In this document: positions 47,081 through 58,829 of the stretch, piece by piece
Position numbering within the stretch: position 1 is the stretch's first letter
Layout of the letters: each line of letters opens with the position of its first letter
NCBI GenBank assembly: GCA_000146045.2
Contig: BK006937.2
Span: forward strand, 96,001-160,000
Origin: TPA_inf: Saccharomyces
Lineage: Eukaryota
Length of the DNA stretch: 64,000 nucleotides
Reading direction: 5' to 3'
Position numbers and translations under genes: made by a program
The notes under the pieces: generated by a model
What the model saw: the letters and a program-made list of their open reading frames with translations, nothing else
The model's database searches: none
What the model was told of the DNA's origin: nothing

Positions 47081-47633
47081 AGAACATCCTTGAAAGGTCG
47101 ACTATTAACATAAGAATAAGAGAGAGTGTGTGGCCGATGCTGTTGCTATAGCTCGGTCGTAGTTTAACACCACGGCATTATTCAGCTTTAAAACAATTGA
47201 ATTATAAACCTGCTTTTCTTACTACGAAAAGTGTTTCCCTTTAATAAATCTATTGTACATACTTTACAGTTGATAGTACCTTCACCATAAAAATATGCAA
47301 ACGCTTTTGTTATTGGGAACAGGAATACCAACCGTTCTCATGGAAAATAGCAAAGTGTAAAAGAATTTATTATCATCGAGTGATAAAGAATATCGCCAGA
47401 TCTTTACGGATATATATCGCTAAAAATATTTGTCGCCAATAAAAGATATGTCTAACGCTCCCTTTGCAGGTAGTTTTTTACTGGCATCGCCTTTTTACTG
47501 CAAATTATTGAAAATTTTCGAGCGAGAAAAAGGAACGAAAAGAGATGAGCTAAATTCAAATATCAAAGTACTGTCATAAGTGCTTTCTTTATCGACAAAT
47601 TACAAGCAGAAGAAACATTCACTTCACAATTAA

Positions 47634-48506
47634 ATGTCCGAAAATCACGTTCCTGCCTGGAAAAGAATTGCTTTGAAGAGACAGACTATAAGCAGTGGTG
47701 ACGAAAGTAAAGAAAAAGGCCAATCCAATCTAATAGATGATGATCCACTAAATATCACTACGCATTTATCCACTGGTAATTTGACAAAGAAAGAGAAAAA
47801 AAGAATCATTAATGGTGAGAGCAAATCCTCTACCAAAAAAGGGAAGCGTGTGTCGAAACCAGGGACGAAGAAGAAGGAAAAATTGTCAAAGGATGAAAAG
47901 AATTCGAAAAAAAATAAAATTCTTAAAGATCAATTACGTTACCTGATAGAATTTTTCAGGACAAAGTCTGAGAGCAAGTTTCCCACCGGAATCCTAGAAT
48001 TGGAAAGTGTAAAAGAAAATTACGGCGACTCCCTGATCAAAGACGAGCCATCAGAGTCTGGTGTTGTTGAAGTTTGGAAATTTTCCAAGCAAAAGCAAAA
48101 TTGGCTTATTAAGCATTTTTTCAACTTGGACGAAATCCCCTCAGTATATAATGATCTTTTGCTTTTATATTTCAGGGACTTACAAGGTAAATCAAAAGAA
48201 GAACTAATATCAAAATGCAAAGGAAAACTGAAGCAATGGAACGACTATGTGGAAGATCAAGAAACAAAAATAAAAGCGTTAATTGCAGAGGATAAGGCTA
48301 GCGAACCAATTAATGGTGAAGAAAAAGAAGAAGGTGAAAAAGACGGTAATGCCGAACAAGGGAAGCAAAAAGAGGTACAAGACGAGCAAGAGGAAGTACA
48401 AATGCCGAATAAAGAGCTTGTTCAAAGAAGTCTGAAATTACTAGAAATTTGGAAGAATGATGACTCGGAGCAGATAGAACTTAAGAATTTCTTCGTTGAT
48501 GTTTAA
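47634..48506 (+). CDS. YCR016W: Lysine/glutamate-rich nucleolar-type protein of unknown function
   Basis: The 290-aa ORF has a KKGK/KKKEK basic N-terminal region and a glutamate-rich C-terminus. The position between tG(GCC) and CWH43 fits. Confidence 0.7.
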   Translation: MSENHVPAWKRIALKRQTISSGDESKEKGQSNLIDDDPLNITTHLSTGNLTKKEKKRIINGESKSSTKKGKRVSKPGTKKKEKLSKDEKNSKKNKILKDQLRYLIEFFRTKSESKFPTGILELESVKENYGDSLIKDEPSESGVVEVWKFSKQKQNWLIKHFFNLDEIPSVYNDLLLLYFRDLQGKSKEELISKCKGKLKQWNDYVEDQETKIKALIAEDKASEPINGEEKEEGEKDGNAEQGKQKEVQDEQEEVQMPNKELVQRSLKLLEIWKNDDSEQIELKNFFVDV

Positions 48507-48772
48507 CATAGAGTTCAACAACGTTGTTCAGTTGTAGTATATATTTTACTGTGAAATACGCTCAAAAAGTAGCGGGATAAATCGTTTCAGGAAGTATAAT
48601 TTCTTACAAAACTATAACAAGATCGTCTAAGTAACATACATAAAGAAATCACATAAATTTTTAAAATTCGAGGTCAAAAAAATCAGGTGGATACATAACT
48701 TACCTTAAGTTATCAAGATTTTCAGTACACACAATGTGATTACACTGATTTATAAAACCACCTTACGGCCTC

Positions 48773-51634
48773 TTATAAGTAATAACGTGGCTCATCAAAA
48801 ACATGGTAGAAGTGACCCCTCTCACCTTCGCCTAAAAACTTATCTGGAAATTTCATGTCCTCATATTCCGGTTCACTCATATGACCGTATTCATACATAG
48901 AATCCGAGTGCTCTACTAACGCTTGCTCACTCAAAACTTGGAACTTACCAACTTGTAGCTCCGTATCGGTTATCGTTCCTCTTGCAACTCTAGCATATCC
49001 TGTTCTTCTCAAGCCCCTATACAAGATATACTCACACCATCTATCATCGTCAGAAGGATCAATGTCGTGCATTCCGGATGTTTCACTAACGTACGTATTG
49101 TAGTTGCCTTCACCTGGATCAACAACTAAGTAACTTAATAAAATAGCTGGGCGAGTCGTATTGCCCATGAGCTTAGCCATGTAGTTACTTTGCAGTCTTC
49201 TATCCTCTTCATCCTCTTCTTGTCCACTATGGAATACAAAGACGTCAACGAGAGTGTCATTGTACGTTTGAAGTGTGGCATGAATGGCTGGCGCAAGTTC
49301 CCCAACTGGAGAGGGCAATAAATGATGCGTAGAATTTACGATAGGGAATTTAGAAAGAAGAACACAGCCCCAGGTATGTTTATTTGGACCTGGTCCGAAA
49401 TCTGCATACATATTCAAATCATGAGCTAGTTTGCTAGTTAGATCCCTGTTCCCCATGGTAATTCTTTGTGTATCTGTTTCTAGTAGACCTACCACATCTA
49501 GTTCCATATCTTTAATAAGGTTGATCATTCTGTCTTCAGATGCCCACATATCATTATCGAGACCAAAGTGGATAGTCCAAATACCAGCTGTAATCAACTG
49601 AGAATCTGGATGATAAGGCTGAGGAATTCCTGTAGGTCTAATATCATACACGAACCTAGCTGTTAGTGATAGCAGGGCCACGGCAAAGAAGAAAACATAA
49701 ATGAAGAATTTTTTGCCCATAGTCACCAGTTGAATGTTAAGGTTTTTGCATGTTAAAGCACCAATAATGATAAATGTGGAAGAAAAGGCAAGAACCGTCT
49801 CAATCTTCTCCCTCAGTACCCAGCCCATTGGAACAAATGCGTATGCAACGACCCAAACATGGGCAAGGACAAAGATAATATAAACGGAGAATGATAGGAC
49901 ATAAACCCATATGTTTTGAACTTGGCCTAATGCAGAAAAATACGAAGGAACTAACCAAAGCATAGCGATAGCGTACAATAAACCACCGAAAATATATTTA
50001 GGCCATTGTGTAATGCTTCTAGCTGAAAGTACAGCAGTGGATATGAGAAGCAACAAACATGGAACTAATGGCTTGCCCATAAACTTCACAGAACTCAAAG
50101 AAGCAAATAACATGACCGTACAAGTTAAGGCGCCCCAAGGCCATGGCAAGGGACCGTGTGATTCATTGTAACCTTCCCATGCCCAATAAATAGTAGTAGA
50201 AGAATCCGTCAATAACTGATGAATTCCGAATAACAACGAGCCAAAACCAACAGCCAAAAATAATTTGCCAATCAACGAAGCAGATTTTGCTTGAGCATTC
50301 CTTTTCCCTTCGAAATTAATTGAATTAACATAAGGCGACAGCATGCCGAATAAAACAGTAAGCACGAGAGCTGTCTTATTATACCCACCATTACGTTCAT
50401 CTAAAATGACCCAAGTTGGATTGTTGGTATAGAACCCCATTTTCAAGATCACAGATGCAACAAGACCTAACAGCCAAGTTAGAGCAAAAGAGAAACTAGT
50501 CTCCGCATTTGTGATATATCTTAGATTTTGTACAAACGTTGCAACGGTAATGGAAGTTCCCACAGCTACAGAAATCAACCTTAATTCTGGCATCTGAACA
50601 ATATAGGCACCAATGGCAATAATACCTCCTAAAAGTACACCATATTGCGTGAAGGCTTCAGAAACGAACGGCAGATATAAGAAAATGGGTCCCAAATAAC
50701 CCAATATTGCAGCTTCATAACCTGAGATTCCCATATACCATAGCGGGAAATGCCAAATACTACATAACAGGGACGTAACGTTCGACCAGAAAAGAAAACC
50801 GTTAAAAATATTTGTTAGTAAGTAAAAAAAAGAGTCAAACCTGAAATATGAACCAGTTGCGCTTCTAGCAACGGGTTTTTCCTTTTCAACCTTCTTTTCA
50901 CCACTTTTCTGCAATTCTGAACTTTTTTCTTCTCCATAATTTATGGGACTAGAGTCTCTAATTTGGAAAAAACTGGTATTACCGGGTTTCTCATTAAAAG
51001 CGAGAACAATATCTATCTTTTTGAAATCAGCGTAAGCAAATGCATCAAATGCAATATCTAAAAGAATCAGAGACCATTCGAAATAAGCATATATAGAATA
51101 TGCCCCAGCTCTCTGTTGGACGGAGTGCTGAATGTACCAGTAAATCATCGGGAACAATGTTCCAAAAAAAATTGTAGCAGTCAACCCTTTGTTCTTCGAA
51201 GTTAAAGGACTAGAATAGCGGGTAATCATTATATCCCATGGTAACGTTAAAACAATGTATGTGATCATAAATATATCATGAATATCGTGGTCATCTGTAC
51301 TTGTAATGTATACCCAACCACCGCAAGAGACTGTCCGGAGTACACCGACAAGGAAGCATACCTTAGATTGGTTCAAGTAGTAGTGACCTAGTAGCAGTAA
51401 AAATCTTGGAAAAGCAGTTAGAGCTATTAAGATTTGGAAAATAGAACGTTCCGGATAGCGGTCCCCGATAGTGGCTGATACACTAGGAAACCACTCATCT
51501 GGATACGTATAATGTGCATTGGTTACAATTTTATGAAAATGTAATGAATAACCAGTGACCAAAGCTGCAAAGAAGGCGGAGAATGCACAAATAGTATGAG
51601 CTATAGGGATGATCTTCCCATTGATGATCAGCAT
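48773..51634 (-). CDS. CWH43: GPI lipid-remodelling protein: an N-terminal PER1/Frag1-like multi-TM region fused to a C-terminal endonuclease/exonuclease/phosphatase-like domain
   Basis: The 953 aa length matches memory. The translation shows about 19 hydrophobic segments followed by a soluble C-terminal domain (DVVGLLETD...). Confidence 0.85.
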
Positions 51635-52237
51635 AACTGGCGGTGGATACCTTCTGTATTCCTGGTTACTTATTCCTCGAGAAATCGGACATTAAAAGGG
51701 TGCAAATACTGTGGAGAAATTATAAGTTACCAAGTCAAAAAGCGAATGAGAATCTATTGTTGCGATTTTTTTGGTTACTACTTCTTACCCGAACTAACTT
51801 TACATAATAAAAAAGCATGAAGCGCATATTCAGGGACTCAAAAATCCCAAACTGGCACTTCTGTATATACCGATGAGCATACTTTGATTGTAAAAAACAA
51901 CATTAAAAAGAACTGCAAACCTGAACCAAGAATACTTAATTTCAAAACCGAGAAATGAGGTACAACTTGTAGAAGTTCACTTAAACTTATTGAGCATACA
52001 ATCTCAACAAAACTAACTGCAAAGTTTGTTGCTATAGTCATATAGTAATACTAGCAGGAAGCCATTAATCAAAAAGAAACTCCATATAAAACGTAATAAA
52101 TATTATGAATAATAGTACAATATAAGAACAAAGACGAAGAAAATACATTATAACTGAAGTGCCAATATTAGAAAAAAAAAAGGTGGAATATCCTAGTGGA
52201 AAAATATCATCTATGCGGTGAAAGAATTAAATAGATA

Positions 52238-52903
52238 CTATGGATTGTTTCGATCTATCCTTTTATCTGCTGCTTGCCTTTTTTTTTCATTCTCCTTCTT
52301 CAGTCTTTTTCCATAGGCGAGTCCACAGGGACTACAAAGTTCCCTGTTTTGGTCGGGTCCACTACGCCATTGAATTGTCCAAGTGTCTTTACATTTAGAG
52401 CATTCCTTTATCTCACCATTTGGGAGGATTGTTTGTCTCTTTTCTCTTTTAGGACGACTAGTAGTCTTTTTGCTGTATTTCTTCGTAATACTGGCAGACC
52501 GACTAGTTCCTTGTGCACAACTATGGTAGCCTTCAAGATTGTTTGCTTCTTGGCTAGTCGTACGTCTCTCGGAATTGCATGCACTAGTTACACGATTCTT
52601 TGAGGGTGTAATTTCGTTCAAAGAGCTGGTTTTGTTCTTAACAATATTTCTTGTAAGATCTCTTAGTTGTTCGGCATTCTCAATTTTTTTTTCAACATCA
52701 ACAGCCCTTATTTGAGAAAAGGATACTTCAATAAATGAGCAACTTGCATAAACTCTTCCGCGTTCCTTATATGCCTTCTTTTTATCGTTTGACTTCCAGT
52801 CATCAATTTCTCTATTTAATAATAACGTTTTCTCCATATCTGACTTTTTAACTACTCTAGTTAAGAAGGAACTTCCAGAGTTGTCATAATTATTATATCG
52901 CAT
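52238..52903 (-). CDS. SRD1: GATA-type zinc-finger protein
   Basis: The zinc finger C-x2-C-x17-C-x2-C is visible as CSKCKDTWTIQWRSGPDQNRELCSPCGLAY, followed by a basic tail. The position fits. Confidence 0.8.
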   Translation of the reverse strand: MRYNNYDNSGSSFLTRVVKKSDMEKTLLLNREIDDWKSNDKKKAYKERGRVYASCSFIEVSFSQIRAVDVEKKIENAEQLRDLTRNIVKNKTSSLNEITPSKNRVTSACNSERRTTSQEANNLEGYHSCAQGTSRSASITKKYSKKTTSRPKREKRQTILPNGEIKECSKCKDTWTIQWRSGPDQNRELCSPCGLAYGKRLKKENEKKRQAADKRIDRNNP

Positions 52904-53326
52904 ACTAGCAATAGTAAATGTCTGGTTATTTACCTAGCAACCTCTTAACAAAGCGATAACAATGAAACAGCAATATAAGTCTATTTAATTGACAACATCA
53001 TTGATAAAAGTTTGAACAAGCGTCTAAAAGTCGAAGAAGTTCATTTCAAAGTTTTGTGTATCGAGCTTGATGATACTTATTTAGGGATCCGCTCTAGTTT
53101 ACTGTGATACAACTGAAAAACATTACAAAGCTATCGCGCCTGCATTCTCATATTAGTGGCGTATGTTTGTGTCACATTCGATACTTCTACATAATACAAT
53201 GACTGAACCCTTACCGCTGGCACAGGAATACCGCGCCGCGAAAGCAGGGTCTAGGAGAAACAATAGAATTCTTGGCGATGAGAGAGGGGAAGGCTTTAAT
53301 AAAAAAAAATAGCGCTTATCCGATTC

Positions 53327-53481
53327 TGTTGGAATAAGTGGCTATCAATATTTACATGTTGATATGGTAGTAAGGATATAAATGCTTATATTGAATATTT
53401 GGAATAAGCATCAACTATCACTTATTGAAAAGGACTCGAACAAAAAAATATGAAATGTCGAAAGCCACATCACTGAGAAGT
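53327..53481 (+). mobile_element. LTR fragment beginning TGTTGGAATAAG, probably a truncated delta/tau-type LTR interrupted by the next element
   Basis: The fragment starts with the canonical LTR terminus TGTTGGAATA and abuts a second TGTTGG start at 53482. This is a nested-insertion pattern. Confidence 0.5.
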
Positions 53482-53826
53482 TGTTGGATTGAAGCTCTAA
53501 AATGTCATCTTTTAGTAGTATTCGTGTTACTAGTATATTATCACATGCGGTGTAAAAAGATGACGTAAAGATTGAGAAACAGTCATCAACTGTTATGGAA
53601 GCTGAAATGCAAATATTGATAATGTAATAGGATAATGAAACGTATAAAATGAAAAAGAATAATAAAATATTATTATGTAGAAATACCGATTCCATTTTGA
53701 GAATTCCTATATCCTTGAGAAGAACTTCTAGTATATTCTGTATACATAATATTACTGCCTTTATCAACAATGGAATGCCAAAAATTATCAAAATATCACC
53801 CAATATTCAATTTTATTGTTGTGAAG
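53482..53826 (+). mobile_element. Diverged delta-like LTR of about 345 bp, ending about 95 bp upstream of tM(CAU)
   Basis: The LTR starts TGTTGGATTGAAG. It contains delta-like blocks (GGAAGCTGAAATGCAAATATTGATAATGTAATAGGATAATGAAACGTATAAAATG and GATTCCATTTTGAGAATTCCTATATCCTTGAGAAGAACTTCTAGTATATTCTGTATACATAATATTACTGCCTTTATCAACAATGGAATGCCAA). It is diverged from the deltas at 28134 and 55521. Confidence 0.75.
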
Positions 53827-53919
53827 ACATCAAGCCCTAGATATATATCATAGTAGGATAAAATAGTAGAATAAAACTATTCATATATCTACGTGAAAGC
53901 ATCAGAGATTGTAATGTTG

Positions 53920-53991
53920 AGCGCCGTGGCGCAGTGGAAGCGCGCAGGGCTCATAACCCTGATGTCCTCGGATCGAAACCGAGCGGCGCTA
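53920..53991 (+). tRNA. tM(CAU)C: Initiator tRNA-Met (anticodon CAU)
   Basis: The sequence AGCGCCGTGGCGCAGTGGAAGCGCGCAGGGCTCATAACCCTGATGTCCTCGGATCGAAACCGAGCGGCGCTA shows initiator features: an A1:U72 end, three G:C pairs in the anticodon stem, and GATCGAAAC in the T-loop region. A T-tract follows. Confidence 0.92.
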
Positions 53992-54246
53992 TTAAATTTT
54001 TTGAACTGTCCATTAATAATAATGGAACTGACGTCGTCAATTACCGGTAGCTTTTTTGCCCACATTTTTAATCATCTTTTAAGTATTTGAGTATTTGTTG
54101 TTCACTAGAGTTTTACTAATTAAGGTTCTGAGAAAATAAAGATATGCATTTAGAAAAGTCGGTTCTACACCGCAAATTTCTTTATTACAGAAACATTTTA
54201 TACAAAGAGGATACATAGTTATTGGAAAGAAAATCAATTATCTTTT

Positions 54247-54548
54247 TGTTGGGTAGTATGAATATTACTTGTACATTATCATATACAATATAAAAAGATG
54301 TCATAGAGTTGTGAAATATTTATTATATTTAATAAAAGCTGAAGCGCAATGATTGAAAACGTTTTAGGATGATTAATGATAAAGTACAAAATGAGGAGAA
54401 GAAATAATAATAACATAAAGTGGAAATACCGGTTATCTTTTAAGGATATTATAACCTGGAGGAAAACTTCCTGGGTTCTCTGTATATTCAACACTTTTCC
54501 GTTATCAAAAATAGAATCCCAACAGTATCCCCATTTTCGTCAATATCT
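54247..54548 (+). mobile_element. Degenerate LTR remnant, tau/delta-like, family uncertain
   Basis: The remnant starts TGTTGGGTAGTATG. It contains diverged counterparts of the LTR blocks (GCTGAAGCGCAATGATTGA, GGATATTATAACCTGGAGGAAAACTTCCTGGGTTCTCTGTATATTCAACA, AAAATAGAATCCCAACAG) in the same order as in delta. Confidence 0.45.
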
Positions 54549-55283
54549 CCATAACGACAAGGTCTTCTAGATACCATATAATGACAATAACCAAGCCCAC
54601 CATTTAGGTGGATTTTTTGTGTGGTTTTGAAATTAAAACATTTTTAGAGGAAAATTGTGATCACAGAATTTCACATTCCCAGTTACTTTAATAATATTCA
54701 TAGTTAGAGATGAAGAGGTACTATTAATATGAAGGTTAAGTATGAATCTTCTCATGCTTCTATAAGCGAGGGATATAAAACATCGCCAACTGTTTCATCT
54801 TATTTATTATCAATATTATGTGTGTTTGGAGCTTACTATACAGTTAATGTGATAATTAATATAACTCTTGTATAACTACCATATCAATGTTCAATTAATA
54901 GATCTTAAATCGGTTTCATTACTACCTGAACTGCATGTATGAAATTTCCTTCCACATTAGGCACATTCACATGTAATACGAGATGTACATCTATATGTGA
55001 TATTAGCATTTACACAGCAATCCTATATCACTATTAATGGCCACTTGTTCCAAAAAGTATATATTATGAAGCGTATTATTATTTTATACTCAGATAGCTG
55101 GTGCGATACGTTCGCAGATTTTGAGCGCAATGCAATGAGTATGACGGAAAGGTTCACTCATAATTTCAATAACTCAAGTTGTTTGAATTTAAAATACATT
55201 CCCCGTTAGATAAGCTATAAACATTGTTACTTGCGCTTGCGGCACATGTAATGTAGTTTCTTTCTTTTTCCAAGAAAAAAGAA

Positions 55284-55356
55284 AGCCCTGTAGGGGGCTC
55301 GAACCCCTAACCTTATGATTAAGAGTCATACGCGCTACCGATTGCGCCAACAAGGC
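55284..55356 (-). tRNA. tK(CUU)C: tRNA-Lys (anticodon CUU)
   Basis: The reverse complement reads GCCTTGTTGGCGCAATCGGTAGCGCGTATGACTCTTAATCATAAGGTTAGGGGTTCGAGCCCCCTACAGGGCT. The B-box GGTTCGAGCCC is present and the anticodon is CTT. A T-run lies on the coding strand downstream. Confidence 0.92.
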
Positions 55357-55454
55357 TCTTTAATTATGAAAAATTACGTTTAATAAGTGACTTAAAAATA
55401 TAAATACTGTTACTAAAATGTGAACTAAAACCTCAATATTATTTTCTGATCACT

Positions 55455-55520
55455 TGATGAATAGCTGGTAATTGTTGGATTCCATTGTTGGTAAAGGCTA
55501 TAATTTTACGTATATAGAAT
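55455..55520 (-). mobile_element. Short inverted delta terminal fragment, truncated by the adjacent full delta
   Basis: TGATGAATAGCTGGTAATTGTTGGATTCCATTGTTGGTAAAGGCTATAATT aligns with the delta end in reverse complement (TGAGAAATGGGTGAATGTTGAGATAATTGTTGGGATTCCATTGTTGATAAAGGCTATAATATT). Confidence 0.55.
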
Positions 55521-55851
55521 TGTTGGAATAAAAATCCACTATCGTCTATCAACTATAGTTATATTATCAATATATTATCATATACGGTGTTAAGATGATG
55601 ACATAAGTTATGAGAAGCTGTCATCGAAGTTAGAGGAAGCTGAAGTGCAAGGATTGATAATGTAATAGGATAATGAAACATATAAAACGGAATGAGGAAT
55701 AATCGTAATATTAGTATGTAGAAATATAGATTCCATTTTGAGGATTCCTATATCCTCGAGGAGAACTTCTAGTATATTCTGTATACATAATATTACTGCC
55801 TTTATCAATAATGGAATCCCAACAACTATCTGAAAATTCACGTGATTCTCA
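55521..55851 (+). mobile_element. Solo Ty1 delta LTR of about 331 bp, about 165 bp upstream of tK(CUU)
   Basis: The LTR runs TGTTGGAATAAAAATCCACTATCGTCTATCAACTATAGTTATATTATCAATATATTATCATATACGGTGTTAAGATGATGACATAAGTTATGAGAAGCTGTCATCGAAGTTAGAGGAAGCTGAAGTGCAAGG...CACGTGATTCTCA. It is a near-exact reverse complement of the 28134..28465 element. Confidence 0.92.
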
Positions 55852-56836
55852 TGTGAGTACATCAGAAAACAACCACCTAACAACCGTGTTTGAATGTTGA
55901 TCTGAAAACAAAAATTAATCTCTCGTACTTATTATGGATATTGTATTTTCTCAAAATTCCAAATGATTTTCTTGTTAGATGGTATTCACGGTCATCGGAA
56001 TCTCAGTTCAATATCACCAATTTGCTTATAAGGTTTATGCAAGATAACATGTTTGGTCTTGTTCCCAAGTATAACTTAAGAAAAAAAAATTACAATCCAA
56101 GAAAGGTAATACAGAATTCATAGCAATAATGGGGTCCATTTTCAATAGATAATGTACCTGGAAGAAAAGGGCTGACTAGGAAACAAAAAGAAAAACAAAA
56201 CTATGATACTCCATCAAACATAGGGAAATTTACTCGAATATGAAAAGTACAAATCTGTCAAAAGCACATCGTATATTGTCTTGGTTCCGCTTTTATTCAG
56301 AAGAATTACTGAAATGAAGAGGAATGACGTAATAAACAAACAACGATTCTGATATCAGAAAGACATCTTGAATATTCCTATGTAGTAATTAACTATCCCA
56401 GTACTTACAAACATAACTTGACGATGCACGCTACGATTTTTGTGTGTTTAAACTTTTGTTGGTTGGGACTCAAGAAGATCTTCTCTGAGATAATTGTAAT
56501 TAAATGTACTTTAGGAGTGTTCATGTATAATTTGCCTCTGCAAAAACTTAATAATGTATTTTAAAACTTGCATGTTGCTCTGTGAATCTGAATGTATGAT
56601 AATGCTACGATTACTCTAGGGAACTTCCTTTTTACATTTAAAATTTCCGAGATCCTCAGCTGACAAATAAATGTCATATCAAGACAATAAACGGTAGTGC
56701 TAAAGTAATTGCATATTAAACAGGCGCGACTAAAGCTTTCATCCCTTCTATTATTGCATAACCTGGCTATACATGAAAACACTTCTCACATTTGATTTAA
56801 GAAGTTTACTGTTCTAAGAAAATAAAGAACGTGATA

Positions 56837-57928
56837 ATGATGAATGAAGAGGATTCTACAGAAACGAAAAGCCTAGTCATAACTAATGGCATGTTTATCA
56901 TAGACGACATCGAGCGTAGTAAATATAATATTCACTATAAGAATGTCCCAGGAGGCGGAGGGACTTTTGCCATTTTGGGTGCATGCATAATATCTTCCGG
57001 CAATGTCACATCCAAAGGTTTGAAGTGGATAGTGGACAGAGGCTCTGACTTTCCAAAGGAAGTTATAAGGGAAATAGACTCATGGGGTACTGATGTGAGG
57101 TTTCGAGATGACTTTAGCAGATTAACTACCAAAGGGTTGAATTATTACGAGGGAAGTGATGATTTGAGAAAGTTCAAGTTTTTGACGCCGAAGAAGCAGA
57201 TTAACGTCGATGACTGGATTTCCACATTTGGGCAGAAGATAATTGATGAAATGCATGCGTTTCATTTGCTATGTTCTGGGTCTAGATGCTTAGACATAAT
57301 AAACGATCTGCTACGGGTGAAAAGTTCAAAGGGCACAAAACCAATCGTGATTTGGGAGCCATTCCCAGATCTTTGCGACTTTGATCATCAAAATGACATT
57401 AAAAGTGTAATGCAGAGGAACGATGTTACGGTAATATTATCTCCAAATGCCGAAGAATCAAGTCGCTTATTTGGTTTAAGTAGCAAGGAACCGACTAGTT
57501 TGGAAGAATGTCTAGCATTAGCGCATCGTTTCGATGATTTCATGGATGAAAACAATATGTGTATTCTACGATGCGGTGCCCTCGGAAGCATATCGGTAAG
57601 TGAGAAGTTTAAGAACGGACGAACCTATGACCATTTCCCCGCCTACCATTTCAAAACTCAGTCTAAAGTACTAGATCCTACTGGCGGGGGAAACTCGTTC
57701 CTTGGCGGCTTTGCAGTTTCTTATGCCCTAACGAAAAGCTTAGATATTGCTAGTATATGTGGGAACATCGCTGCAGGCGCAATAATTGAACAATTCGGAA
57801 TACCGAGGTACGATCCAATTGCTAAAACCTGGAACGGAATCACATTCTTGGATAGACTGAAATTTTACCTTTCACAGTCCGGTCTTCAATATAATATAAA
57901 CGATCTTTACAAAAGTCTAACACGATGA
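56837..57928 (+). CDS. MAK32: PfkB/ribokinase-family sugar kinase-like protein (maintenance of killer)
   Basis: The ORF is about 363 aa. The PfkB C-terminal motif DPTGGGNSFLGGF is visible and the position is adjacent to PET18. Confidence 0.8.
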   Translation: MMNEEDSTETKSLVITNGMFIIDDIERSKYNIHYKNVPGGGGTFAILGACIISSGNVTSKGLKWIVDRGSDFPKEVIREIDSWGTDVRFRDDFSRLTTKGLNYYEGSDDLRKFKFLTPKKQINVDDWISTFGQKIIDEMHAFHLLCSGSRCLDIINDLLRVKSSKGTKPIVIWEPFPDLCDFDHQNDIKSVMQRNDVTVILSPNAEESSRLFGLSSKEPTSLEECLALAHRFDDFMDENNMCILRCGALGSISVSEKFKNGRTYDHFPAYHFKTQSKVLDPTGGGNSFLGGFAVSYALTKSLDIASICGNIAAGAIIEQFGIPRYDPIAKTWNGITFLDRLKFYLSQSGLQYNINDLYKSLTR

Positions 57929-58011
57929 TCATATCAGCTTGTTCATTGCTCTTATTTTTCTGCAAAAATATACATATATATATATAAGTAAGTGTTATAT
58001 ACTACTTGAGA

Positions 58012-58659
58012 TTAGGCGTTGTAACAAGATTCAAAAAATTCGAACTCGAACTGTGAAACCTTCACAAATATGCTTTCCACTTCTTCGACGGGAAACTTGT
58101 CAACTTCAGCCTTTAGAAATTCACACCAAGTTTGAAAATGCTCACCATCATGTAAATCAATCCATTTTTGATATTTCCAATGCAACCCTGGGGCTCTAGG
58201 AGTATCACGAGCCCATCTCCAATAGAGTTCCTCAGCAACCCATAAGCTGGTTACTAAGGATGGCCATGTAATTGAGGCGTCCTTTCTCAGCTCATCTAAG
58301 AAATTAATATACGCATCAACGCCGGGGATCGCTTTATTGTCAAAATTATCTCTTTCTTCCTTGGTGAGGGATGGTGCCAATAATTCTAAGCAGTCATGAA
58401 AGTATGAGTTTTCATCATTAGAAAAAAATCCAATCTTTTTGGCTAAGGTTATTAAAGCGTGAGTAGTTGGTGCTAAAGAAGTCGTCTTACATATCAACCT
58501 TAAGCTAGTTTCAAAAAATTGCAGATCTTGTGATAAATAGATGTACAAACTACGGTCCTTCAATGTTCCGGCACATAGTTCCTTAGCGAATTTATGTTCT
58601 GTGGTTTTCCTAACAAGGGCGTCGTACTTTTGTATTAACTTATCAGTGGTACAGCTCAT
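58012..58659 (-). CDS. PET18: TenA/THI-4 (thiaminase II-like) family protein
   Basis: The 215-aa all-helical protein has TenA-like features (paralogous to the C-terminus of THI20). The position between MAK32 and MAK31 fits. Confidence 0.8.
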
Positions 58660-58829
58660 TGTTCTTCCTTGCAGATATTGTTGATATTGTTATTATTTGC
58701 GCTAAATTTTAGTTAATACAGAAAAAAATATCTAAGTTCAGTCCAGTTCATATTCGTTTATATATCTTTCGAAGCCAGACCTTTTTTGCCAAGCAATTGT
58801 TACTATGGAAACTATTAGAACCATATGCG

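Noticed and set aside
53327-55851. Possibility that the repeated TGTTGG…TCA elements form a CRISPR-like or other prokaryotic array
   Set aside because: The repeats are 300 to 350 bp LTRs with Ty1 delta sequence blocks. They are of different lengths and divergence and lie next to tRNA genes. This is eukaryotic retrotransposon biology, not a repeat-spacer array.
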